Below are positions 1-10,306 of a stretch of 64,000 nt of DNA, one piece after another (position 1 is the stretch's first letter; the number at the start of each line of letters is the position of its first letter). Both the position numbers and the translations under genes were made by a program. A model generated the notes under the pieces. It had not been told where the DNA came from, did no database searches, and saw only the letters and a program-made list of their open reading frames with translations. The stretch is taken from assembly GCA_019414345.1 (NCBI GenBank), contig DXMF01000022.1, forward strand, positions 80,112 through 144,111. The letters run 5' to 3'. Source of the stretch: Collinsella sp. Its GTDB lineage: Bacteria; Actinomycetota; Coriobacteriia; Coriobacteriales; Coriobacteriaceae.

Positions 1-2
1 AC

Positions 3-947
3 GCCGCCAAGGTAAAGTCCGATCAGGCCAACGAGGCGTATGACAACGCTACCGCTTCGGTCAAGGACCTTGCCGCCAAGTGCGATGCCGCCAAGACGGA
101 TCTTGCGAACAAGCAGGGCACGCTTAACGATGCCAAGAAGGCCGACGACACTGCCCAGGCCGGCGTTGACAAGGCTCAGGCCGCAGATGTGCACGCCGCG
201 ACCGCTCTTTCGGGCGCCAAGCAGGCAGTTGCCGCCAAGACGCAGACCCTGTCCGACGCACAGGCGAAGGCCAAGGCCGCCGAGGACGAGCTTGCCACCG
301 CAAACAAGGCCTTCGAGCGCTTCGCCGGTGCCCAGAAGGCGGTCGACGACGCCAAGGCCGCCTATGACGCTGCCGTCGCCGGTGTCGCCGATGCCCAGAA
401 GCAGCTCGAGGCCGCCAACGAAGCCGTCGTCGATGCGAACTTCGAGATCGTCAAGGCCAAGGCCGAGCTTGCCAGCGATGAGGCACTCAAGGCCGATCTT
501 GAGGCTGTCGACCATAAGGCATCCCTTGCCGCGGGCACGACGGGCAACGAGAAGCTGGTTAAGCTGAACGCTGCCTACGCTCGCTATAAGGCCGCCGTCG
601 ATGCCGCCGCTGGTCTCAAGGCTGCTCTGAGCGATGCCGATGCCAAGCTGTCCGATGCCAACGACGCCTATGCCGCCGCGCTTGCCGAGCTTGGCGATGC
701 CAAGGATGCCCTGGCTGCCGCGCAGGCCGAGTACGACAAGTATCATCCCAAGGCTGAGCCGCAGGCCAAGCCTCAGGTTGCGCAGGCTGCCGCAAAGGCT
801 CCTGTCGCCAAGAAGAAGGCCACGGACGGTGCACTTGCTCAGACGGGCGATACCTCCGCGCTTGCAGGTGAGGTCTTCGTCATCGGCGGCATTACGCTCG
901 TTGCCGCGGGTGTGACGCTCGGCGATCGTCGTCGCAAGCAGATGTAG
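3..947 (+). CDS. Ala/Lys/Asp-rich coiled-coil cell-surface protein with sortase-type C-terminus (5' partial)
   Basis: The frame of ORF 189..947 is open back to the window start. It has an LAQTG motif followed by a hydrophobic segment and a basic tail (RRRKQM). Confidence 0.8.
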   Translation, partial: AAKVKSDQANEAYDNATASVKDLAAKCDAAKTDLANKQGTLNDAKKADDTAQAGVDKAQAADVHAATALSGAKQAVAAKTQTLSDAQAKAKAAEDELATANKAFERFAGAQKAVDDAKAAYDAAVAGVADAQKQLEAANEAVVDANFEIVKAKAELASDEALKADLEAVDHKASLAAGTTGNEKLVKLNAAYARYKAAVDAAAGLKAALSDADAKLSDANDAYAAALAELGDAKDALAAAQAEYDKYHPKAEPQAKPQVAQAAAKAPVAKKKATDGALAQTGDTSALAGEVFVIGGITLVAAGVTLGDRRRKQM

Positions 948-1013
948 CGTTTCGAGCGTAGTTTCTGCAACGAACTTCAATTCATAACGGGACCGTCTCG
1001 TTAGCCAAACGAT

Positions 1014-1055
1014 AAGGCCGGCGCGCTGTTAAATGCAGCGCGCCGGCCTTTCTTT
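1014..1055 (+). terminator. Intrinsic terminator
   Basis: AAGGCCGGCGCGCTG/CAGCGCGCCGGCCTT stem followed by TCTTT. Confidence 0.75.
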
Positions 1056-1065
1056 GCGTTGGTAT

Positions 1066-1105
1066 AAAAAGCCCGGTCGGCAGCCGCAAAAGCTACCGAC
1101 CGGGC
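1066..1105 (-). terminator. Intrinsic terminator of OPT gene
   Basis: GCCCGGTCGG/CCGACCGGGC stem with a T-run on the minus strand. Confidence 0.75.
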
Positions 1106-1146
1106 AAGTCGTAGGCAATATGGTTGCCGTCGAGCAGCTGCTCAGC

Positions 1147-2850
1147 TTAGCCCAGCAGGCTTAAGCCCACGGAGACAAACGCCAGGATAACGCCGACGAT
1201 GGACTCGCCGCCGAGCAGGCCGCTGGCGACAACCAGGCCCTGTTCCTGGAAGGCGGCGTCCTTGGCAGCCCTCTCCTCGTCAGAAAGACCAGCGGTGGCG
1301 TCGCGGTGGGCGGACCACTTGTCGTAGGCGAGCTTGACGCAGGAGCCCAGGAATGCCGTGAGTGACATGTAGAACGGCAGGTACACGCCCAGGCCGATCA
1401 TCATGGCCGGAATGCCGAGCCAGTACATGACGATGCCGGCGATAAAGCCGCCAACGAACCACGGCACGCTCGGGATGCCCGAGACCATGGTGGCGACCAC
1501 ACTTGCCTGCGCGGCAACAAAGCTCTTGTCGGGGCCAAAGGCGTCCGGACCATAGGCGGTGACGAGCGCGACCATGACGGCGGCGGCGACCAGGGCGCCC
1601 ACGATGCCGCCGATGGCCTGGCCGACCCACTGTGCTCGCGGGTTGGTGCCCAGCACGGCACCGGCCTTAAAGTCGTTCATGACGTCGCCCGCAAGGCCGC
1701 ACGCCACGGCCACGATGCCGGCGATAAAGAACAGCTTGACCTGAGCGATCTGTGCGAAGGCTGCCACGATGAGCATGACGATGAGGCCGAAGATCTCCAT
1801 GGGGTCGATGCCCGTCTGGCCGCAGCTCTGCGCGCTCATGATGGTGGTGACAAAGGTGAACAGCGTGACGATGACGGCCGGAACGGGGCCAAGGTCGAGC
1901 ACGATGGCGATGATCACGGCGATGGCGGCAGCGCCCAGGCCGATGATGCCGGCGTCGAGCTTAAGGGAGCCCGAGATGAGCGACTGCTCGTCAGTGTCGG
2001 TGGAGCTGTCGGCGGCAAGACCGCGGACGATACCGGCGACCTGCGGCAGGATGTCCTTGAGGACGACGGCGACGCCAAAGCCCATCATGAGGCCCATACC
2101 CAGGGACTTGACGATGCCCTGCGCAGTCACAACGTCGAACAGACCGGCAGCGGTGCCGCCCACAATGATGCCAAAGTTGCCCAGCAGGGCGCCGGCAAAC
2201 CAGAAGGCGACGGGGGCGAAGCCCACGAGGAAGCCGACGGAGAGCAGCATGGGCGAGTTGTAGATGCCAAAGGTCACGCCGGGGATATTGAGCGTGCACA
2301 GCATGCTGGGCACCACGCCCAGGGCGTCGCGAAGCACACTGTAGATGCCTGCAATGGCCATGGAGCCAAAGAGCTGCTTGCCGGTCTTGCCGCCGGCCTC
2401 GGTTGCGCGCAGGGTCTGAGCTGCGGCGTTGCCGGTGGGGAACTCCAACGCGGCGTCCACGATAAAGTGACGGTGGATGAGCGCGGTGGCCAGCAGGCCC
2501 AGGATGGTGCCGGCGAGTGCCACGATAAACATGTCGAGCCAGCTGATCTGGTCGGCATAGCCCAGCATCCAGGCGCCCGGGATGGTAAATGCCAGGCCGC
2601 CGGCGACCATGGCGCCCGCGGACATGATGGTGTGGGTGACGTTGGCCTCGTTGAGGCTGGCGTTGCCCATGAGCTTAAGGAAGAACAGCGAGATGACGGC
2701 AGCGAAGACGATCGGCCAGGGGAGTGCGCCCATCTTGAGGGCGGTGTAGGCCGAGCTTGCCGTGATGATTACGCAGCCAAGGACGCCGATGACGACGCCG
2801 CGCAGCGTGAGTTGCCCGCGCATCGAGGCACGGTTCGAGGGATTGCTCAT
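1147..2850 (-). CDS. OPT/YSL family oligopeptide transporter
   Basis: QLTLRG N-terminus, EANV/AGGLAFTIPG and DFKAG...PRAQ motifs, many TM helices, AAAGGAG RBS. Confidence 0.85.
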   Translation of the reverse strand: MSNPSNRASMRGQLTLRGVVIGVLGCVIITASSAYTALKMGALPWPIVFAAVISLFFLKLMGNASLNEANVTHTIMSAGAMVAGGLAFTIPGAWMLGYADQISWLDMFIVALAGTILGLLATALIHRHFIVDAALEFPTGNAAAQTLRATEAGGKTGKQLFGSMAIAGIYSVLRDALGVVPSMLCTLNIPGVTFGIYNSPMLLSVGFLVGFAPVAFWFAGALLGNFGIIVGGTAAGLFDVVTAQGIVKSLGMGLMMGFGVAVVLKDILPQVAGIVRGLAADSSTDTDEQSLISGSLKLDAGIIGLGAAAIAVIIAIVLDLGPVPAVIVTLFTFVTTIMSAQSCGQTGIDPMEIFGLIVMLIVAAFAQIAQVKLFFIAGIVAVACGLAGDVMNDFKAGAVLGTNPRAQWVGQAIGGIVGALVAAAVMVALVTAYGPDAFGPDKSFVAAQASVVATMVSGIPSVPWFVGGFIAGIVMYWLGIPAMMIGLGVYLPFYMSLTAFLGSCVKLAYDKWSAHRDATAGLSDEERAAKDAAFQEQGLVVASGLLGGESIVGVILAFVSVGLSLLG

Positions 2851-3042
2851 ATAGAACTCCTTTGCGTATATCCGCTTCCCCCGGGAGCGCCGCTACGGAT
2901 ACGGCGCGGGAAGTCGGGTTACCAAGGGCCGCCGCGTGAGCTCGCAAACGACCGCGCACCAGTATAACCGCAAGGTAGTCATTTTGGGATGACTGGTTTA
3001 GGTAGGCGATATACTGCTGGGCAGACGAAAGGAGCGCCGACA

Positions 3043-3894
3043 ATGCTTAATGGGTGCGCATATATATTGACGGTCGACGTGGGTAACACGTTCATTCGCT
3101 TTGGCCTGTTTGCCGAGGATTCGGCCGCGGCGCAGGAGCGCCCGCTCGCGACGTGCGAGATCACCACGCCGTCGAGCATCACAGCAGACGAGGCGCGCAT
3201 GCGTCTCGCTCAAGTCATGGCCGCGCTGGCGGCCGATGCGGGCATGCCGGGCGCACTTGTGCCCACGGCTGCCGTGCTGAGCTGCGTGGTGCCGGCGCTC
3301 GAGCGCCCGTGGAAGACGGCGCTTTCCCGTACATGCACGGGACGCGTGCTCACCGTGGGGCCGGGCCTCAAGACCGGCATGCCCGTTCACTACGACGACC
3401 CGGCCGAGATCGGCCCCGACCGCATCGCCGACGCTGTGGCGGCACGCGCCGTCTACGGCTCTCCCTGCATCGTGATCGACTTGGGTACCACGACCAATAT
3501 CGAGGTCATCGACGCGCGCGGCACCTTTGTGGGCGGCGTCATCGCACCGGGTCTGGCGCTTGGCGCCCGCTCGCTTTCGGCTGCTGCGGCGCGTCTGCCG
3601 CAGGTCGAGCCCTCGGCACCCACGCACGTCATCGGCCGCAACACGCGCGAGGCCATGCGTTCGGGCGTGGTTCTGGGCGAGGTAGCCCGCATCGACGGCA
3701 TGCTCGACATGGTGCTTGCCGAGATGCGCGCGACCAAGGCCGCGGGGGAGGGCGACGTGCCCATCGTCATTACCGGCGACGACGCCGAGGCGCTCGCGTC
3801 GCTGGTCGGTCACAGTCTGACGGTCGACGACACGCTGACGTTGCGAGGACTCGCCGAGCTCTACCGCATCAACCAAAAGCCCCGCCGCGTGTAA
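3043..3894 (+). CDS. coaX: Type III pantothenate kinase
   Basis: DVGNT, IGPDR and IDLGT motifs plus GGVIAPG. Start placed at the ATG after AAAGGAG. Confidence 0.9.
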   Translation: MLNGCAYILTVDVGNTFIRFGLFAEDSAAAQERPLATCEITTPSSITADEARMRLAQVMAALAADAGMPGALVPTAAVLSCVVPALERPWKTALSRTCTGRVLTVGPGLKTGMPVHYDDPAEIGPDRIADAVAARAVYGSPCIVIDLGTTTNIEVIDARGTFVGGVIAPGLALGARSLSAAAARLPQVEPSAPTHVIGRNTREAMRSGVVLGEVARIDGMLDMVLAEMRATKAAGEGDVPIVITGDDAEALASLVGHSLTVDDTLTLRGLAELYRINQKPRRV

Positions 3895-3978
3895 AAGTGA
3901 GGGCGCCGGTGGGACAAACGCCTCCACCTTTCACCTGCTACAATGGGTCAAACTATTGCGATTACGGAGGTGTCTGCC

Positions 3979-4503
3979 ATGTCGGACGATCTTCATCAAA
4001 CTTCGTCAGGCAAGCGCCTGGACGTCATTAGCTGGGACGAGTTCTTTATGAGCGTGGCCATCGCCGCGCAGCGCCGCAGCAAGGACCCCAACACGCAGGT
4101 GGGTGCGTGCATCGCCAGCACCAACCACCGCATCCTTTCGGTGGGCTACAACGGTACGCCCTCGGCGCTCAACGACGACTTTTTCCCGTGGGGTACGAGC
4201 GACGACCCGCTGCAGGACAAGCACAACTACGTGGTCCATGCCGAGGCCAACGCCGTGCTCAACTACCGTGGCTCGCTCAAAGATCTTGAGGGTTCCACGG
4301 TCTACGTCACGCTGTTCCCGTGCCACGACTGCGCCAAGATTTTGGCGCAGGTGGGCGTGGGCGAGGTTGTCTACCTGGACAACAAGTACGCCGACACCGA
4401 TGATGGACGCATCAGCCGCCGCATCCTCGACTCCTGTGGCATCAGCTACCGCCAGGTTATCGTCGATGTCCAGATTGGTACCGGGGGACAGGCTCGGCAG
4501 TAA
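3979..4503 (+). CDS. dCMP deaminase (ComEB family)
   Basis: WDEFFM, RSKDP.TQVGA, HAEANA and PCHDC zinc motifs; GGAGG RBS. Confidence 0.9.
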   Translation: MSDDLHQTSSGKRLDVISWDEFFMSVAIAAQRRSKDPNTQVGACIASTNHRILSVGYNGTPSALNDDFFPWGTSDDPLQDKHNYVVHAEANAVLNYRGSLKDLEGSTVYVTLFPCHDCAKILAQVGVGEVVYLDNKYADTDDGRISRRILDSCGISYRQVIVDVQIGTGGQARQ

Positions 4504-4674
4504 TATGCGTTGTCACTATCTGACGACGAACGCAGCTAAAAGAGCCCCGTCCCAAATTGGCTGCTCGTGAAAGTCGTGTCCGCGCGCATGGATGGCTCGT
4601 GAGCGGGTACATGGCTGTAGTAACATAGCCCCTGTCCGCGGGCGTGCCCGCGTTATTGTGAGAAAGGAGCCCCT

Positions 4675-4953
4675 GTGGCTGTTAACGAAGAGCTGCTTAA
4701 GAAGGTTCTTGAGGAGATCCGCCCCAACCTGCAGGCTGACGGCGGCGATATGGAGTATGTGGGTGTTGACGACGAGGGCGTCGTCAAACTGGAGCTGCAG
4801 GGTGCCTGCGCCGGCTGCCCTATGAGCGCGCTGACCCTGTCCATGGGTATCGAGCGTATCCTCAAGGAGCATGTGCCCGGCGTTACCCGTGTCGAGCAGG
4901 TTAATGCCTCCGGCGAGACCGACGACCTGTACGACGAGTACGCGCCGTTCTAA
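4675..4953 (+). CDS. NifU/Nfu family Fe-S cluster carrier
   Basis: IRP.LQADGGD and GACAGC motifs; AAAGGAG RBS, GTG start. Confidence 0.9.
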   Translation: MAVNEELLKKVLEEIRPNLQADGGDMEYVGVDDEGVVKLELQGACAGCPMSALTLSMGIERILKEHVPGVTRVEQVNASGETDDLYDEYAPF

Positions 4954-5062
4954 GATGCGAAAGCTGCGGACGGCATACTCCGCATAGACGTTACGCCCAA
5001 ATATGCGGCTGCGAGCGCAAGGCCCGCGGCCGCATTTGTATGTAGGGAGTAGGAGGGTCGAC

Positions 5063-5884
5063 ATGCTCAACGACTTCTACCATATGCTTGATCCCGTCGC
5101 GATTTCGGCGGGGCCCATCACGATTTACTGGTATGGTCTGGCCTATGTGGTCGGAGCTCTGCTCACGGCGGTCGTCATGTATCGCACGCAGCGTCGCTGG
5201 GGCTTTAGCATCACGATTGACGACCTGACGAGCGTCGTGGTCGGTGTGGTCTTTGGCCTTATCATCGGCGCCCGCCTGTTCTACGTCATCTTTTACGGCG
5301 ACGGCTACTACTGGGCACATCCGCTCGAGATCTTTGCCACCAACGAAGGCGGCATGAGCTTCCACGGTGGCCTGGTCGGCGGCATTATCGGCGGCATCAT
5401 CGTTTGCCGCATGTATAAGCTCGACGCATGGACTCTGGCAGACCTTGCTGTCATCGGCGCGCCGCTGGCCTTGTGTCTGGGCCGTTGTGCCAACTTTGTC
5501 AACGGTGAGCTGTGGGGCAAGCCGACCGATCTGCCCTGGGGTGTGGTCTTTGGCGGGACTGCGGGCGATATGCCGCGTCACCCCTCCCAACTCTACGAGG
5601 CATTTCTTGAGGGCATTGTGCTCTTCTGCATCCTGCAGGTGCTCAGCCGCAAAAAGCCGTTGCTGCCCCAGGGCACGTTTATGGGCGTGTTTGTGATGGG
5701 TTACGGCATCGTCCGCTTCCTCGTCGAGTTCGTGCGCGTGCCCGATGCCCAGCTGGGCTATCTGCTGGGCGGCGTCATCACGATGGGTCAGCTGCTGAGC
5801 CTGCCGCTCGTAATCGCGGGCCTGGCGCTCATCATCTTTGCCCGTCGCCGCAACCAGCCCCAGCGCGTCTACCTCGACGCCTAA
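5063..5884 (+). CDS. lgt: Prolipoprotein diacylglyceryl transferase
   Basis: WYG, GARLFY, GGMSFHGG, GRCANFVNGELWG and HPSQLYE motifs. Confidence 0.95.
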   Translation: MLNDFYHMLDPVAISAGPITIYWYGLAYVVGALLTAVVMYRTQRRWGFSITIDDLTSVVVGVVFGLIIGARLFYVIFYGDGYYWAHPLEIFATNEGGMSFHGGLVGGIIGGIIVCRMYKLDAWTLADLAVIGAPLALCLGRCANFVNGELWGKPTDLPWGVVFGGTAGDMPRHPSQLYEAFLEGIVLFCILQVLSRKKPLLPQGTFMGVFVMGYGIVRFLVEFVRVPDAQLGYLLGGVITMGQLLSLPLVIAGLALIIFARRRNQPQRVYLDA

Positions 5885-6024
5885 CCAAAACCACCACAAA
5901 GGGGACAGGCACCTTTGTGGTGGTTCGCTGGGCAACGATGACAGAACCGTAACGTTTCCCCAGATAAAACCTGCCAAAATAAACCTGTCCCTTTTTGGCA
6001 GGTTTCTAGAAAGGCTTTCGGACT

Positions 6025-8208
6025 GTGAAGGATTCCGATCTCTCCACAACGGCTGCGCGCGACGCTGCCCGCATCGTCTGGTTTAAGCGCTACCCCGCCA
6101 AGCAGACGCTCATCGCATTTTTGCTCGCGCTGTTGGCGACCACAGCGTTTTCCATCGATCCCGCCCCGGTGTCGAGCAACGCAGTCTTGGCGATTGACCC
6201 CAAAGCCTCGGGCATGCTGTACGTGTGCTACGAGGTGCTCCTCTCGTTTGCCGGCCATACCGACGCGGTCATGCTGCTTGCGCTTGCCTGCTTGCTCACC
6301 TTGCCGTTTCGCTACGTGTTCTTTGGCCGTGGCGACACCTGGCGTCCGTCGATCATTCTGCCGTCGCTGTTTTTCGCCATCTGCATGGTGTTCGGCCGCA
6401 GCTACGATCTCACCGACTCGGCCGAGATTGTTCTTGGCGACAAGGCCCGCATCATCTGCGCCTGGATTGGCGGCACGGGCTGGATGCTCCTAGCGATCGT
6501 GGCCTTCTATCTGGCTTTTGAGTGTCTAGATTGGCTGAGCTCTCGGCGCATCCCGTTTTCCGAGGCGCACTTTGGCCGTATATGGCGTGTGGCTCACGCC
6601 GTGCTCTCGGTCCATCCCTTTGCCGGGCCCTTCCTGGTGCTTATGATCGCCTGGGCGCCCACGCTCATCGCTTCGCTGCCTGGCCTTTTTATGGGAGATA
6701 CGGGCGCGCAGATTCGCCAGTGGTTCAACTATCCCAACGGCACGAGCGACTACCTGCGCCTACTCAACCCCAACGTGCTGCTCAACGGGCATCATCCCGT
6801 AGTGCACACGGCCATTATCGGCTCGTGCGTTCAACTGGGGCTTTCGCTGTTCAACAGCGCTAACGCGGGCCTCATCATCTATACTTGCGCTCAATTTGTC
6901 ATCACGGCTGCCTGCATGGCCTATTCCATTTCGTCGCTGCGCAAACTGGGCGTGAGCCTGCCGGTTCGCGGTGCGATCCTGCTGTTCTTTGCGTTTATGC
7001 CGATGTTCTCTAACTACGCGGCGTTGCTCACCAAAGACGTGCTCTTTGCCGACGCGTTTTTGGTGCTGCTGGTACAGACCGTCAAGCTCGTGGCATGTGG
7101 CTTGCCCCGTCGTGATGCCAATGCCGAGCGTGCGGGCGAACAGAGGCCCGTGCTCTTTGCGCGCCACGACTGGCTGTTGCTTGCGCTGGCTGCCATGGGT
7201 TCCACGTTTTTGCGCAATGGCGGTCTGGTCTTTCCGTTGGCGGCCTGCGTGATTGCGGCGGCGTTTTGCGCATGGGATGTACATGTCGCCCGTCGTGCGG
7301 CTAAGCAGACGGGCACCGCGGTCTCATGCGCCACGCCGCGCTTCCGCTGGGTTGGCGTCCTCGCGGTGCTTGCACTCTGCCTTGCCTCTAATATGTACTT
7401 CACCAAGGTCTTTATGCCGGCGCACGACATCACGCCTGGTTCCAAGCGCGAAATCCTCTCGATTCCGTTCCAACAGACGGCTCGTTTCGTCCAAAAGCAC
7501 GACGGCCTCAACTCGGGCGTCAACCCCACGGTAAAGGAGGACGGCACCATCGTGGAGGCTCCTTGCGACGGCTTGGTGACCGATGAGGAGCGCGCCGTGA
7601 TCGACCGGGTGCTCAAGTACGAGAATCTGGGCCGCCGTTACAACCCGGATAAGTCGGATGCCGTCAAGAACTGCTTTAACGAGTACGCCTCGCAGGAGGA
7701 CATCAAGGCCTATTTTGAGGTCTGGGCGCAGATGTTCAAAAAGGATCCCGAGTGCTATATCTCGGCGCTCATCAATAACTATTACGGCTACTTTTATCCG
7801 AGCGCGCGCGATGCCTGGGTCTACAGCACGGCGCGTAGTGCCGAGATCATGGCGCGTCCCGACAACCTCAAGTACTTCGACTTCCATCCGGTTGACAGCA
7901 ACGTGGTGCGCTGGTGCGACCACCTGATCAATCTGTACCGTGTGGCGGTGCAGCGCATCCCGTTTATTTCGCTCGCCATGAGCTCGGCCACCTATGTGTG
8001 GATTATGATCGCCGTGGTGGTCTACCTGCTGCGTCGTCATTCATGGCGCGGGCTGGCCATTTGGGTGCCGCTGCTGGGCGTGCTCGCTGTGTGCCTGATC
8101 GGCCCCTGCAACGGCTCGACCTATATGCGCTACCTGTATCCGGTCATCGCCTGCATGCCCTTTGCCATCGGCGCCACCATCACCCGCAGCGACCTCCTCT
8201 GGTCCTAA
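6025..8208 (+). CDS. Multi-pass membrane protein (DUF6020-like, possibly GT-C type)
   Basis: Many TM helices; PG...D, HHPVVHT, KDVLF, RNGG and RY.YP motifs. Confidence 0.6.
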   Translation: MKDSDLSTTAARDAARIVWFKRYPAKQTLIAFLLALLATTAFSIDPAPVSSNAVLAIDPKASGMLYVCYEVLLSFAGHTDAVMLLALACLLTLPFRYVFFGRGDTWRPSIILPSLFFAICMVFGRSYDLTDSAEIVLGDKARIICAWIGGTGWMLLAIVAFYLAFECLDWLSSRRIPFSEAHFGRIWRVAHAVLSVHPFAGPFLVLMIAWAPTLIASLPGLFMGDTGAQIRQWFNYPNGTSDYLRLLNPNVLLNGHHPVVHTAIIGSCVQLGLSLFNSANAGLIIYTCAQFVITAACMAYSISSLRKLGVSLPVRGAILLFFAFMPMFSNYAALLTKDVLFADAFLVLLVQTVKLVACGLPRRDANAERAGEQRPVLFARHDWLLLALAAMGSTFLRNGGLVFPLAACVIAAAFCAWDVHVARRAAKQTGTAVSCATPRFRWVGVLAVLALCLASNMYFTKVFMPAHDITPGSKREILSIPFQQTARFVQKHDGLNSGVNPTVKEDGTIVEAPCDGLVTDEERAVIDRVLKYENLGRRYNPDKSDAVKNCFNEYASQEDIKAYFEVWAQMFKKDPECYISALINNYYGYFYPSARDAWVYSTARSAEIMARPDNLKYFDFHPVDSNVVRWCDHLINLYRVAVQRIPFISLAMSSATYVWIMIAVVVYLLRRHSWRGLAIWVPLLGVLAVCLIGPCNGSTYMRYLYPVIACMPFAIGATITRSDLLWS

Positions 8209-8373
8209 TTTGGTGCAAAGGGGACAGGTTGCTTTGCACCAAAGGGTGGCATCATCACGACGCCTTCATTTTGGGGTTTATCTCGCAGGCCAGTAGGTAT
8301 ATCATAACGACGTTTGTTTATATTGCCCGAGCATCTGCGCTGGGCTTTAGGTCGAAACCGATAGGAGACACGT

Positions 8374-9180
8374 ATGTCCGGACACTCTAAGTGGGCCACA
8401 ACCAAGCATCGTAAGGGCGCGCAGGACGCCAAGCGTTCCGCCCTCTTCTCCAAGCTCAGCCGCAACATCACCGTTGCTGCCCGTCTCGGCGGTGACCCGC
8501 TGCCCGAGAACAACGCCAGCCTCGCCGCTGCCGTTGCCAAGGCTAAGGCTCAGTCCATGCCTAAGGACAAGATCAAGTCCGCTATCGACAAGGCTTTTGG
8601 TTCGGGTGCCGATGCTGCCGTCTACGAGAACATCGTGTACGAGGGCTACGGTCCCGCCGGTGTCGCCGTCTACGTCGACTGCCTGACCGACAACCGCAAC
8701 CGTACCGCCGCTGATGTCCGTTCCGCCTTCTCCCACGCTGGTGGCAACTTGGGCACCTCCGGCTCCGTCGCCTTCCAGTTTGAGCGCAAGGGCCAGATTG
8801 TCGTCGCCAAGGAGATCCTGGACGAGAACGCCAAGAAGGAGACCATGATCGCCAACGGTGCTGCCGGTGACGAGGATGAGTTCATGATGGCCATCGCCGA
8901 GGCCGGTGGCGAAGACTACGAGGACGCCGGCGAGGAGTGGATCGTCTGGACTACTGCCAACGAGGTCATGGCTGTCTCCAAGGCGCTCGAGGAGCAGGGC
9001 GTCCAGGTCAAGGGCTCCGAGACCACCATGGTCCCGACCACCCCGACCGAGGTCTCCGGCGCCGACGCCAAGAAGGTCCAGCGCCTCATCGACCGTCTTG
9101 AGGAGCTCGACGACGTCCAGGATGTTTACAGCACCATGGACATGACCGACGAGGTCATCGCTGCCCTCGAGGAGGAGTAG
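8374..9180 (+). CDS. yebC: YebC/PmpR family protein
   Basis: MSGHSKW, YEGYGP.G and TDNRNRT motifs. Confidence 0.95.
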   Translation: MSGHSKWATTKHRKGAQDAKRSALFSKLSRNITVAARLGGDPLPENNASLAAAVAKAKAQSMPKDKIKSAIDKAFGSGADAAVYENIVYEGYGPAGVAVYVDCLTDNRNRTAADVRSAFSHAGGNLGTSGSVAFQFERKGQIVVAKEILDENAKKETMIANGAAGDEDEFMMAIAEAGGEDYEDAGEEWIVWTTANEVMAVSKALEEQGVQVKGSETTMVPTTPTEVSGADAKKVQRLIDRLEELDDVQDVYSTMDMTDEVIAALEEE

Positions 9181-9346
9181 CGCCCGCACGGGTTAAGCCG
9201 TGCATATCTGGGCATAATGAAGCGAGCATGCAAGCCTCGTGGAATAGATGAGCCGGATCCGCGTGCGTAGAGCACCGGACCCGGCTCTTTTATAATGATG
9301 CGAACTGTTTTGCATTTCGAGAGCCGAGATTTGAAGGGAGCGCCGC

Positions 9347-9892
9347 GTGCGCGTACTCAAACGAGCCCTAGCGATCGTGTATCTTGCCGCCACCATCGTG
9401 GCGCTGGGTACGCTTGTCTGCCAGTTTTGGGGGCCGTATACGTATCGCTTTATGTTGCTGATGCGCGATCCCATGCCGCGCATCGTCGTGACGGCATGCG
9501 GCGGCGTCGTGGCGATCGGCGTACTGCTGAGCTTTTTCCGCCTGATGTTTGCTCGTCGCGAGCCGTCCTGCGTGCATCCGGCGGGGGAGCGCAATATCGA
9601 GGTTACCCTTGCGGCGCTTTCTTCGTGCGCCAGGGCTGCTGCCGAGCGCGACGACCGCGTGATGGTCGAGCATGTCGAAGCCCGCGTCCAAGGCCCCGAC
9701 GATTCGCACGTCCGATTTAAGGTCGAGGCTATCGCGCTTGACGATAAGGACGTGGCATCTCTGGCTACCGCGATGCAGCAGCGTATCGAGGAGGCCTGCG
9801 ATACCATGCTCGGCACACCGGGCACGACTGCACGCGTCCGTTTTTTGCCGTCCAAGACTACCGTCCAGACCGTGGAGGTTTCCGGTGAGTGA
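9347..9892 (+). CDS. AmaP-like alkaline shock response membrane anchor
   Basis: Two N-terminal TM helices; in an operon with DUF2273 and Asp23. Confidence 0.65.
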   Translation: MRVLKRALAIVYLAATIVALGTLVCQFWGPYTYRFMLLMRDPMPRIVVTACGGVVAIGVLLSFFRLMFARREPSCVHPAGERNIEVTLAALSSCARAAAERDDRVMVEHVEARVQGPDDSHVRFKVEAIALDDKDVASLATAMQQRIEEACDTMLGTPGTTARVRFLPSKTTVQTVEVSGE

Positions 9893-10262
9893 TACCAATC
9901 AAGATAAGACCGCTCGTACGCCGCGCCTGACGATTGACCAGAGCGCCACGTCGGCGAGCGAACCTGTTGATTCCAAAGCAGAGGCAACCGAGTTACAAGA
10001 CGCGGCAGCCGCGGATTTTGACGAGGCTATGGGTCTCATCAAGGGTACGGGCGCTGCCGTCTGGAGCTATGCTGTGCGTCATCCCAACACCACGCTCGGC
10101 GCCGTCGCCGGCTTTATCCTCGCCGTGTTGGTGCTCACGTTGGGCCTGTGGGACACGCTCGTCATTGCATTCTTCGTGCTGATCGGCGCTGTGATCGGCC
10201 AAATTCGCGACGGCGAGAACGGGATCGTCAACTTCTTCGGCCGTCTGTTTAGCGGCCGCTAA
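9885..10262 (+). CDS. DUF2273 family small membrane protein
   Basis: GTG start overlapping the upstream stop, GGAGG RBS, two TM helices, Asp23 operon context. Confidence 0.65.
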   Translation: MSDTNQDKTARTPRLTIDQSATSASEPVDSKAEATELQDAAAADFDEAMGLIKGTGAAVWSYAVRHPNTTLGAVAGFILAVLVLTLGLWDTLVIAFFVLIGAVIGQIRDGENGIVNFFGRLFSGR

Positions 10263-10306
10263 TATGTATTCGACTGTCGCATCCGCGGCAGGCATAAGGA
10301 GGAACC

